Source of the DNA: Lytechinus pictus
Lineage: Eukaryota
Assembly: GCF_037042905.1 (NCBI RefSeq)
Contig: NC_087245.1
Span: 15,316,001-15,380,000, forward strand
Direction: 5' to 3'
Length of the DNA: 64,000 nt
Both the position numbers and the translations under genes were made by a program. This document shows, piece by piece, positions 1-12,700 of this stretch; the stretch's first letter is position 1, and each line of letters begins with the position of its first letter. The notes under the pieces were generated by a model. That model had not been told where the DNA came from, did no database searches, and worked only from the letters and a program-made list of their open reading frames with translations.

Positions 1-362
1 CATTATTAATATTATTGCTATGATTAATATGATTATCGATTATTAGTATTATTAGCATTATTTTATCATTAGTGTTCTCATGAAGGTGTTTCTTTCATTA
101 TATTCAGAGATGGACTTGAGTTTTATTTGTATTACCTTGCTCAGGTAAATTTATTTTCTTGTTGTTGCGGTATTAATTGGTTTGAAATTAATTGCTTCAC
201 CAGCTTGTCCTGATATGGAATGACAATTGCATAATACTCAACTATTACTAGAACTCCTTATACTGCACTTTCTCCCACTCTTTAATGTAACACTTAAAAT
301 GACTTTTTTCCAGTCATATTCTACTACTTTATTGGCAATCCAAAACTCCTTTTGTCTTGCAG

Positions 363-710
363 AGTGTGTTCCCAGCAGAGATTACAAATGTATTTGGACT
401 GACTGGATTAATGATGATTCTGGACAAATGCAATCTGAGAGTGCTCCAGCTGAGGAAGTTGAACTTCTTGCAGATGCCCGGCACTTCCCCGGTTTCCCCG
501 AAGAATGCAACGTATTCGGTATCCGGTGCAGGACAGTAGACACACATGTGTCGTGGAATGAAACTACTGACGCTGTTACCGTTGATGTAAATACAGGTCT
601 TCGCTGTATTAATATACTAGGAAGACCAATTTGTCTGGACTATGAATGTAGCTGGCTGTGCTGCAGTTGGCACACTGTCACTTGCTCACCACCTGGAACA
701 ACCACAGAAG
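363..710 (+). CDS. Mucin exon: CysD/WxxW domain copy 1 (ECVPSRDYKCIWTDWINDD...CLDYECSWLCC...PPGTTTE)
   Basis: ttgcag acceptor, GAAG|gtagtt donor, 348 bp, phase 1-1; WxxW motif and C-x-DYE-x4-CC pattern. Confidence 0.9.
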
Positions 711-3700
711 GTAGTTGCATCAATCAAGTATTTTCACTAATTCCTGGTAGTATGACCAATATCACTATAAATATGCATTTAAAAGTTTTGTTAATTGAAA
801 AACATGTGTGTTGTCATGATGCGGAAGTAAAGGATAAAGAAAAAAGTTTTTTTTTAGACAAACACGGTATCTACATGTATGTTTTTTTTCTTCCTAATAT
901 CATTTGAAAATAAGGTATTGTGGGGAAAGTGTCGCTCTTGGTGTCAATATTCATGTCAAAGATGCTCTTTTAAGTTATTGAGATTTGTTTGAATTTCATT
1001 ATCGAACAGTTTCATTGGAGGAGCTGTACAGAAATTTAGTGAATTTACCCTTTGTTATGGAATATTTCATGAACATTATGATTGGTGAAAATTGAATCAA
1101 ACACAAATGAAATGTGATTTGAAAAGAAGAAATGTGAAAGGAGCATGATTGTGAAAGATTTACAGGATGGGAAAAACAGTAGGATAGTTTTGAATTGTAG
1201 ATTAATGACAGTAATCCTGTTTGGGGATTTCAGTTTTGTCACATACATGTACGTGATGTCATTGCGATATAGGGCAACGACTTGCTCAATTTAATAGAAA
1301 TGATTTGTCTGCATTTTTTTCAAAGTTAAAGATTTCCTTTTTCATTTTGAATTGGATACTTGCAGACATAATATTCTGTTACCATGGTTCATTTCCTTTT
1401 AATTGCGTTTCATTTGCTACTTACTTTGGAACAGAATATTGTCATATTTCATCCTTTATGATAATATACATCTAGTTCTTCTTTACATGAACAAATCTAG
1501 GAACAACAACTGGAACCACTATAGAAACAACAACAGGCACTACAACAGGAACAACAACTGGAACCACTATAGAAACAACAACAGGTACCACGACAGGAAC
1601 AACAACTGGAACCACAACAGGTACCACAACAGGAACAACAACTGGAACCACAACAGGTACCACAACAGGAACAACAACTGGAACCACAACAGGTACCACA
1701 ACAGGAACAACAACTGGAACCACTCCAGCCACCACAACAGGTACCACACAGGGAACAATTGGCACAATATCTGGAAACATTCCAGAGTATGGATAATGTA
1801 TGAATGGCAGTAGACACAATTAGGTCAAGTTTGTGAGAAAAGGACCATTTTTTATAAATGCTTTGGTTACTCTTTTAGTGAAGAAGGGAAGGATAAAGTG
1901 TCAGAGATGATACTTTATCACTCAAAAATCATAGGGATGGGGTCACCCTTCCTGCCCTTCCTTTTGTGTCACCGACTTGATATCACCAGCCAGAAAGGAG
2001 ATGGACAGATGATCATCTTTGAAAAGCTAGTTCATTTTTCCATTCTGTGCATGATGAGAATAAGGTCATTTGAACTCAAATAGCATGATAGTTTTAATAT
2101 TCTTTTGAATTGTGCTTATCATTAGATCCTCCGGAAGCAGAAATTAGTCAATGAGCAAGTGGTATTTAAGAGTTGGCCAAGTACATTGGAAAAGCAACAT
2201 GCTAATGTATTAAAAGTAGAATTGCGACAAATACCTTGATAAAGTATTTATTGATATGCTATTCTAGTCACTAGTTCCATTCAATTTCTGCCTGCTATGT
2301 CAGGCATATTTAGATATTAATATCTTGCCTTGTGATTTACCCATCCTTATGAAAGAAAGGAAGGGTCAATTGTATAAACTTGCCGATGAGGTAAAGAGGA
2401 GCTTGTCTATTGCAGAAATTATAGTTTCCAGTTTGATAGTGAATATTGATTTACTGATTGATAGTTATAATGATATGTGTAGGTGTAATAAATGGTTACC
2501 CTGTAGGAAGAAATTCCACAAATGCTTTGGGCCTAGGCAGTCTGTCAAATGCTAGGGTATGAATACCATCATCATGTTAAGCCAGACCTGCTCGGATAAC
2601 AGTTTTGGGAACTGAAGTGGCTACCCCTGGTAAAAATGTTGTTGTTATTATCATTATTAATATTATTGCTATGATTAATATGATTATCGATTATTAGTAT
2701 TATTAGCATTATTTTATCATTAGTGTTCTCATGAAGGTGTTTCTTTCATTATATTCAGAGATGGACTTGAGTTTTATTTGTATTACCTTGCTCAGGTAAA
2801 TTTATTTTCTTGTTGTTGCGGTATTAATTGGTTTGAAATTAATTGCTTCACCAGCTTGTCCTGATATGGAATGACAATTGCAGAATACTCAATTATTACT
2901 AGAACTCCTTATACTGCACTTTCTCCCACTCTTTAATGTAACACTTAAAATGACTTTTTTCCAGTCATACTCTACTACTTTATTTGCAATCCAAAACTCC
3001 TTTTGTCTTGCAGAGTGTGTTCCCAGCAGAGATTACAAATGTATTTGGACTGACTGGATTAATGATGATTCTGGACAAATGCAATCTGAGAGTGCTCCAG
3101 CTGAGGAAGTTGAACTTCTTGCAGATGCCCGGCACTTCCCCGGTTTCCCCGAAGATTGCAACGTATTCGGTATCCGGTGCAGGACCGTAGACACACATGT
3201 GTTGTGGAATGAAACTACTGATGCTGTTACCGTTGATGTTAATACAGGTCTTCGCTGTATTAATATCCTAGGAAGACCAATATGTCTGGACTATGAATGT
3301 AGGTGGCTGTGCTGTGGTTGGCACACTGTCACTTGCTCACCACCTGGAACAACCACAGAAGGTAGTTGCATCACAGAAGTATTTTCACTAATTCCTGGTA
3401 GTATGACCAATATCATTATCAAAGTTTTGTTAATTGGAAAGCATGTGTGTTGTTGTGATGCGGAAGTAAGGGATAAAGATAAAAGCTATCTTTTGGACAA
3501 ACATGATATCTACATGTATATTTTTTTCTTGATATCATTGGAAAATAAAGGATTTTGGGGAAAGTGTTGCTCTTGGTGGCAATATTCATGTCAGAGATGC
3601 TCTTTTAAGTTATTGAGATTTGTTTGAATTTCATTATCAAACAGTTTCATTGGAGGACCTGTACACAAATTTAGTGAATTTACCCTTTGTTATGGAATAT

Positions 3701-6700
3701 TTCATGAACATTATGATTGGTGAAAATTGAATCAAACACAAATGAAATGTGATTTGAAAAGAAGAAATGTGAAAGGAGCATGATTGTGAAAGATTTACAG
3801 GATGGGAAAAACAGTAGGATAGTTTTGAATTGTAGATTAATGACAGTAATCCTGTTTGGGGATTTCAGTTTTGTCACATACATGTAGGTGATGTCATTGC
3901 GATATAGGGCAAGGACTTGCTCAATTTAATAGAAATGATTTGTCTGCATTTTTTAAAACTTTTAATTCTTCTTTATTTCATTTTGAATTGGATACTTGCA
4001 GACATACTATTCTGTTACCATGGTTGATTTCCTTTTAATCAGAACATCTTAACAAAAACAAAACAATTCAATTCAATTCAATTTATTTCCACTTTAAAAA
4101 GCAACAATATATAAAATCAATACAATGTTCAATACATATTAGTATAGTGGGGGATCAAAGGATCATTCGTTTGCTACTTACTTTGAAGCAGAATATTGTT
4201 ATATTTTATCCTTAATGATAATATCAAGGAGGTTTCAAATGAGATGGAGTAACATCATATAAAATCTCTTTGAACAAGGTTAAAAGCCGCCAGTAGAAAG
4301 TATGTCAGGTACGCACTTTGCTCAACATCTCTTGCAATTGTGTAGACAAATGATTCCTGCATGACTCGCAGCTATAGGTCATACATAAAGGGAAATATGC
4401 TTTTGTGATGATAATTACTTTTTCGCGGCATCTTCATGATCTTGGTCTGGTTATATGTGTAGTACATAATTCGGAGGCATGCGAAAATAATCTATGCAAT
4501 ATGTCCTGAAATATGACTCAAATTTGCTCGACTGAGCATACATTGCGGGCACTCATCTGGCATATACAGTAATGTACAACAATATTCCACCGACCACATT
4601 TGAAATTTTTATTCGCCGCAAACGATCGGAAAAGTGTTTAAATCTGGTTTCAGTAAAGGTCAAATTCTTTCTTTTTTCACCATTTAAAGGTTAATTGATA
4701 TAGTCTGGGCAAATATCTTGTCGTAATAGTGCTTGGTTATTGATGTTTTGTCACGCATTCAAATTTCAGTTTGTTTATTAATATGAAAGATGAAAAATTG
4801 ATACAAATGGATATTCGTAAAATTTCACCCCTCGGATTTCTTCACTGAAACTGGCGGCTTCGAAGGCTGACATCAGAAGGTCCTTATTGCCATTCTTTCT
4901 TTTGTGCTTCTTTAGAAATGAACATCTGCTTGAATATATTTGTTGCCTGTTGGAACTCCAGTCATAGAATCTTCTTGATAATATACATCTAGTTCTTCTT
5001 TACACGTACAAATCTAGGAACAACAACTGGAACCACTATAGAAACAACAACAGGTACCACAACAGGAACAACAACTGTTACCACTATAGAAACAACAACA
5101 GATACCACAACAGGAACAACAACTGGAACCACTATAGAAACAACAACAGGCACTACAACCGGAACAACTCCAGAAGGTAGACAATGTATAAGTTGCATCA
5201 GAATCAAGATAGGTTTTGTTTGTGGAGCAGATTTTGATGAATTTAGTTATGTTGTTAGGTTACAACATAATTTTTTTTCAATGTTTTCCTTTATTTTGAT
5301 AGGTCCAGGGCACAATTTCAATGAAGATCATCAATTTAAACATATTTGTGAAAAGTGCTTACCCTATTAAGTACTATTTCTTTAATCTTCTGGGTTTTTC
5401 ACAAAGACCAACTGGTTCTACTGAGAAGGCAGTGTTTAAAATAAATATAAGAATCTACTGTATTTAGATTGCTGTGTAATGTTTTCGTATGGAATTGGGC
5501 CAATGTATATATAACATCAAGTTCAGGAAAAGTGCTAGAAGTGATGTTTCAATAGAAGCAGAGCGTTATAGGAATTTTCCTCATCTCTGGTCTACCAATG
5601 GTTTCGCGGCTCTATCACAAGCGGCTCATCAGGACACTGAAGCTAGTTGGATTTGGTGGAGGCCCTTGGTTTGAGCAATGGATGCATTTCATGGTACGGT
5701 GGTTAGTTCTTGCCGCCAAAAAAGAACAGAGAACCACCGGACCATGAAATGCATCCATTGCCCTAACCAAGGACCTACACCAAATCCAACTAGCTTCAGT
5801 GTCCTGATGAGCCGCCCGTAATAGAGGCGGGAAACCATTGGTAGACCAGAGATGAGAAAAATTCCTATATATATGTATAAATATATATTATTTTACATTG
5901 CTTCCATTGAGTCTTGGGCAGCAACATTCCTTTTTAAAATCGTGTCGCAATTTTAGTTGTTGATTTTTGCACTCATCAGATTACAAGTATTTTTTTTAGA
6001 TCAGTTCGCTATCAAATACACAACATTGTAGTCATTGGAAAATATCTCACTCACTCAGCAACAGAGAAACTGATACATTCAGTTACTTCTTCATGGCTTG
6101 ATTTTGGTAATGGCCTCCCATACTACTTGCCAGAGACTCTCATATTGGTAAACTGCGCAAGTTACAAAATGCATGCATTGTAACCTTATCCAGCAAGCGC
6201 AGTCACATCACCCCTATCTTGAAATGTCTTCACTGGCTGTCCCTGAGGGAACACATTTTATTCAGAATACTTCTTTTGGTCTATCATATTGTCAATGTTA
6301 CTTCCCCCACTTGATTCATAACTACCAACCAACATGGAATTATTATTAGTATTAAATCGGGTTTGGATTGGGTTCGGCTTAGCCAATAAGCTTTCACTGG
6401 CATTCCAAGCTGGGGCCAGGCTCTTATTCCTGGCATATTTATGATATTGATCATAAAATCTCTCAAGACAAGAATTTCATATGACTAGTAACTTTCTTCT
6501 TTTAGAAAGCTTTTTTTGATATACTGTGAAAATTACTGCAAGATAGGAAAGTAATGAACTTGCCATTTTCTTTCCACAGAATGCATACCTCACATGAGAT
6601 TGTCGTGCTATTGGACCATATGGTTTGATGATGATTATGGCAAAGTGAAATCTGCCTATGCTCCAGTTGAAGAATTAGAGCTTCTTGCAGATGCCCAGCA

Positions 6701-9700
6701 CTTTGAAGGCTTTCCTAGTGATTGCTCTGATCCACGTGACATTGAGTGCAGGACTGTGGACACCCATGAGTTCTCGAACCAGACTGAAGATGCCGCTACC
6801 TGCGATTTGAATACAGGTCTGAGCTGTAGAAATCTACCTGGGACACCAGTCTGTGCCGACTATGAAGTTCGCTGGCACTGCTGCAGTATAGAGAGAGTCA
6901 CTTGCTCAAGTCCCCCACCAACCGAGACGACTACTACAGTAGAGCCTACAACTGAAGGTAATCACGCCCCCCTTTTCTTCCTGACCTATACCAAGTGCAG
7001 GTTTCTGAAGCTCACCTTTTATTTTAAACCCTTGATCTGCCACTGAATCAATTAATTGGGGGTCTTGTAGCAGGTGGTGGTGAACAAAAGGAAGTTGGTG
7101 CTGAACATGCATGCTTTCGAGTGAATGAATTGTTAGAGCACCATCTGTCCCACAGTTTGAACGCCAATGGTTCGAATCTTGTCTCATGACATACCAAAAA
7201 CTAGAAAATGTCAAAATAGTAATTACATTTTTTTCCTCACATTTTCCAGGTAACGCGCATTTTAGAAAAAAGGAGCAACAAGATAAAAGACTTTAGCCCA
7301 TATTCTGGAGTCAATTTAAATCAAGTCATGGTCTAAGTGTGCTGGTTATAGGAAGCAGAAAATGCCAAAAGTCTGTTGATACTGTATATTTGTGGTTTCT
7401 TTCCTCATACTTTGATGCATAAGAAACATACTTCAGTTATCATTCCCAGATAGGTATTAATAATTCATAATAATTAATAATTTCCTATGGCTACCCATAC
7501 ATGTAATTAGACCACAATTTAAAACTAGATCGCAAGTGAAATCATAGATCAGAATACAGGCCTTTAATCTTAACTTGATTGCTCAATTGAGCAATGTCAG
7601 TGCCAGATGTTTAGAAATATTATCTAGCAATAATAATCAAGTGAAATATGGTCCATATTCTGAAGTCCATGTTGACTGTAATAGGACATGTTCTACTCTG
7701 CTTAACTAATGAGAAGCCCCCAAAAAAATTTCTTTTAAAAAAAAATCAATATTTTGTTTACAAGTATGTTTCTTATGTTTTCTGTGTACTTTCTCTACCT
7801 GTATGCTTTAATGGTGAAGAAACTATGTACTCTTTACATGTTTTATGGGTTAAGAAAACTATTTTAGTTTTTATTATTGACAGAGATTCATTATTGATAT
7901 TAGATGTAAAATGAACTGATGAATCAAACCTATACTGTTAAGGATGTGTCACTGTTAGCTATCCATATTCAAACAATATAACTTAAGGTCACAACTTCAA
8001 GTCAAACTGTAGCACATAATACAGGATTATGAATGAAAAAAAAATTTATGCTTGCAGCAAGCTTCTTGTCATGAATAGTTTTTGCAGAGCTATTGACTCG
8101 CCAACGAAGTACTTTATTGATGATAATTTTTCTAAGTACCTCATTAAAGTTAATTAAAACTTTATATTTTTTCATGAAAATGAGTTTAAATAATTCTAAT
8201 GACCAGTGTTTCTTTTTTATTGTGGGTAAAAAAAGTCTTGAGGTATTCCACTTGCATTCTTACGCATGGCTTGCTGATTTATTGAAATGTATTTTTGTCA
8301 GTAATTAACACTCAGTTTGAAAAAAAAAAGATTTTTGTTATGCAAAGCATTTGGATGTTTGATTAAAAAATAAAAAAAAGTGAATTCTCTTCAGCTACCT
8401 GTTGAACAATATTTGTGTGATACAGTTGTTAGAGCATTGAATTCATGATTGTGACGTGAGATCGAATCCTTGCTCGGCCATTATCTCCACTTAAAAAAAA
8501 AAAGACACAAAGAGTATTTTCTGTTGTCTATAAGGCCAGTCGCTATGACCGATTAACCTAAAGGGGAATGAAAACTTTGGGACATGTGGACTAATAGGGA
8601 CAAATAATGAGAAAGTTATGAGCATTTGAATATTGCGATCGCTAATTGCTATGGATATCCTCCCACTGGGCTTTGCGACAAAGATGTGTGATTTCACATG
8701 TGAACAACTTTCCCTTTGGTGGACTATAAAATACCCACAAATTGTTCTTTTTTGCTCTTATGTGATACAAACTCTTTATCCATAATGTATTTTTGGTAAA
8801 TTTGTATTACATGCCCTCCTATAGAAAGAATACATGATCTACTGATAGATGTGATAGAAGAGGCAGTTTAAGAGTAATACGTACAAAAGTACTGGGAGAG
8901 TTATTCACAAGTGACATCACACATCTTTGTAGTATTGACAATGGGAGGATCTCCATATATAGCATTAGTGAACGCAATATTCAAATGCTCATAACTTTCT
9001 CATTATTTGTCCGATTTTTATTCACACTTTCATTGATCTGTTTCTTTGATTTTTCTGTTTTCACACGAGCTTTCTTGTCCCAAGGGTTTTATTTTTCTTT
9101 AAATGTTTCCAATGTAATTGGTAATACACCAGCTTGGCTTTGATGCGGAAGAAGCTGCTTTGCTGAGTTCCTGCGGGTGATACAGAAATCAACAGAATAC
9201 TTACATGGGCATCTGCTTTTATTCCCCCTAATAGGGTGTCACATTGAAGAGATCTGTGAATGGACCCCGTGGTGTGATGATGAAGATCCCGGTGGTAAGG
9301 TGACTCCATTTGATGTTGGTGAGTTTGAGATCAAAGAGGACTGCCAACAGCAGTTTGAGATCTGCGAACATCCAAGGGACATTGAATGTGAGATGAGTGC
9401 AATACCCCACCTCAGTTCCTATATTTTGAGCCAAGATGTGACATGTGATGTGGACCTTGGATTGGTCTGTCTTCATTCAGACACACAGCCGATTTGCCTT
9501 GATTACAGAATCAGGTAACTAGGGATTTTTTCTCATTGATATTTTTTTATTCTATGTTATTACTTGATCCTCGTCGATCTGGCGCTGGACAGCGGCTGCC
9601 GGGCCCATGGTCAGGTGGGCAAAACAAACTTCCGGAGTATTTCATTTCATGTCTATTTCGAACAATAAAATATAGATTTTCATTTTCATTTTCATGTCTT

Positions 9701-12700
9701 CATTTTTTTTTTCAATTCTGTTTGATTTATTGCACCATGTATTTTGAACAAGGTCCCTCAAATTTTACTCAACATTACCCCATATGACCCATCTCTCCCA
9801 AAATCATTTGAACGCAACTTGTGTGATAAACCTTAGTTTTCCTCATGTCCTGACCAGTGCATTTCATCTTCATGAATGGGTGCTGTGTGAATTATCCTGA
9901 TCATTTTTACCATTTGTAGAACTTTCCTCATAATACCAGTATTTGTCACTGTCACTGCCACTTATGTATTATTATTATCCTACTAATCAAAAGTTAAATT
10001 GCATAAAAGTAGATGGAAATAGGCCAAGACAGAAAATCAGAATCAATTAGGAAGAGAACAGTATTGGAATAAAATGATAAGACTGCATCAATTGAATTTA
10101 AATGGATTTTGCAATTAACTTTTGAAACAGGAAAAATACTTATAGATAAATATAACAGTGACTGTCATCATTATAATTATTTTTTATTTTATTGTTTATT
10201 GGCTATTATCATTCTCATAGTAGGTAGGATGTCGTTATTGTTGTTATTGTAGATTGATAGGAAGTGATTAAATTTCACACCTGAACTGACAGATGGTATC
10301 CTTCAATTTTCACCTTATCCTATGCTTGTAAAGTGTTTTATAATATATGAACAAGGTAGTTATTTGATTTTGATCGGAAAACAATCAAAATAAATTTTGA
10401 TGTACAATCACAAATTTTATCCTATGTAAAAACGTTTTTATTTGATATTCTTTGCATTAGAGCTGGTTCCGGGCATAATGATTTATATAATATAGTAATG
10501 GAATCGTAGCAGTGATATGCATTATTTTGGGATATAACAAGAACTTTCATACAAAGAGTGATATCGCAACAAGGGCTTGAGTCAAGCTCATGTATCAAGA
10601 ACACACATACTGGGTTGAAGGGATATCGTTTATTTAATCACTTATGTTCTAGGCTGTCATCAATTCTTGCTTTTCATGTAGATTCTCATTCTCTTTAAAA
10701 ATTGTGATCATTATTCTCATTTAAAACTCTGATCATTATTCATTTTCATATTTTCCCCCCAAATATCATCTTCTGTATTGGAGGTTGATTGCAACATCTC
10801 TCATTCTGTACACTTACAGATTTAGTCTGCTCCAATGTTCTCTTCCCGATTGATTCTGTGATTTTCCTCTCGATTTCAGCCCTTGCATGCCCTAGTACCC
10901 ATTGATTTCAAGTCATTCTTCAGGTAAAAAGAAATCCTGACGTCTTCTCCAACCTGAAACCAACCTTGGTAGAAAATTCATTAGGACCCAACCAATAATA
11001 CCACTTAACAGTTCATAAGTGTTAATCTTTAGGTTAAGAACTTTTAAAAATGTTTTTTTGTTTTCTTGATTGCATATCCACATTACAGGTTTTTGTGCTG
11101 TAGAAATGAAACCGTTGGGCCCAATTGTCCGACAACTGAGCCCCCATCTTCAACTGAGACTCCTACAGAAACCCCGACCCCATCAATCTCAGAAACGCCA
11201 ACTCCAACTCCGACTGAAGGTATGTTTTCATATATAATGATATTGATTGGCCACAAGGGAGATCCATCCATCCATCTATATTTACTGGTATTCTACATTT
11301 TCATACCAGATGACATTGCACTGGAGTGAGGAGGCCACCAAGGCCTTAAGAGAAATCTAGTGCAATTGCAGATGATCAAGGGAACAAATGATTTGCTCAT
11401 ACGATCGAGTATAGTTATTACGTGCTAGAGCTACTCCGGCCGCAGGCGGATTTCCCGCCCCGGCCGTCCCCCGATCGTACCGCTAAAAGCATGCGCTTCT
11501 TCGTCTGCTACCAGACAGTACTGCGCATGCTCATAACTTCGAGAAATTTCCCCAAAGAGTGTGTTTCGGGGAGGTCTGAATGCAGGAATAATTATCTGGT
11601 ATTTTTTAGCATGTAAATGTTCTATTAATTTCTTGTGATCGAGGCAGTTTGAAACCACCTACTGTTTGTATGGTACCTTAATGCTGAACCATATCATTCC
11701 TAAAATATATGGCACAGACTGAAAGGTAACGAAGTAAAGGATTGTACATGACAAAATTGTGATCAATAGATAAAACTGTTGCCGCCAATTTGTCAGGGGC
11801 ACAATTTAAGCATTAGTAACTGTCAATTTGTTTTATCCCACAGAAGTAGTGAAACATACATGTAATCTTTATTTGTGTACTAAAGTATGTTTTCTGCTTG
11901 TTCTATTCAAGTTACTCCCTCTTCACCGCCTCCACCCAGTGCCTGTAAACCTGTGAGTTCATCCCAACCAGTGACTATCAGTTATGGTAACTGTAGTGAC
12001 ACAGTCTATTTGATGGAATGCTCCGGAGGTTGTCCATCTCATGAGTACTTCGCAGGGGTAAGCATTTTATTTTTGCCTCGCCTGCATAATAGAATGAGAC
12101 AAAAATTAGGACAAAAAAGTGGCGGTGGCATCGATCATCAACATCGAGGTTTTTGAAATGTTATCATAACTTAGAAAGTATATGGACTTAGTTCATAAAA
12201 CATGGGCACAAGGGTAATCGAGTATTACTGAGCATCCTGCCTGAGTTTCAGGTAACATAACAAAGGTCAATAAGGGTCAATGAACATGGAAAATCAACAT
12301 CAAAATCTTAACCAAGGATAAGTTTTTAAAATGTCATTATAACTTTGAAAGTTCATGGATCTAGTTCATAAAACATGGATATAGGGTAATTCAGTATTGC
12401 TCATCGTTTTGCTTTAGTCTTGGGTCATATGGTCAAGTTAAAAGCTCATTTAGGCCAATGAACATATATTGGCCATGAGGAGAATTGATCATTAGATAAT
12501 CTTTTGAAAAATTAGTGGAGATTGTAACAAATTGAAAAGGTTTATTTTCAATTGATCTAATGCCAATTCGTCCAATTACCATCTCATCTACTATCATTTG
12601 GTCTACCATCAGTTCAACCACTATCCATTTGGTCTAATTGCCATTTCGTCCAATCACCATTTTGTCAAATAATCAGTTGGTTCAATAGCCATTTAGTCCA

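Larger units (their letters stand above)
1..5176 (+). repeat. Tandem segmental duplication of a CysD exon + intron + PTS exon unit (about 1-1790 vs 2652-5176; offset 2651 at the start)
   Basis: Positions 1-1400 match 2652-4040 almost base for base, introns included; copy 2 has extra insertions. Confidence 0.95.
5567..5869. mobile_element. ~300-bp fold-back (inverted repeat) element carrying hammerhead ribozyme motifs in both arms
   Basis: Arms of about 140 bp are reverse complements (TATAGGAATTTT...AAAATTCCTATA) with a short central spacer. Confidence 0.9.

Noticed and set aside
227..907. Full ORF-track proteins 227-907 and 2878-3627 as single-exon genes
   Set aside because: They start at non-ATG codons and read through intron sequence; only 363-710 and 3014-3361 are exonic.
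1403..1819. Asn/His/Arg-rich, Val/Pro-rich and Cys-rich ORFs in other frames
   Set aside because: Shadow frames of the 12-bp GTTT repeat; only the Thr-rich frame fits the splice phase.
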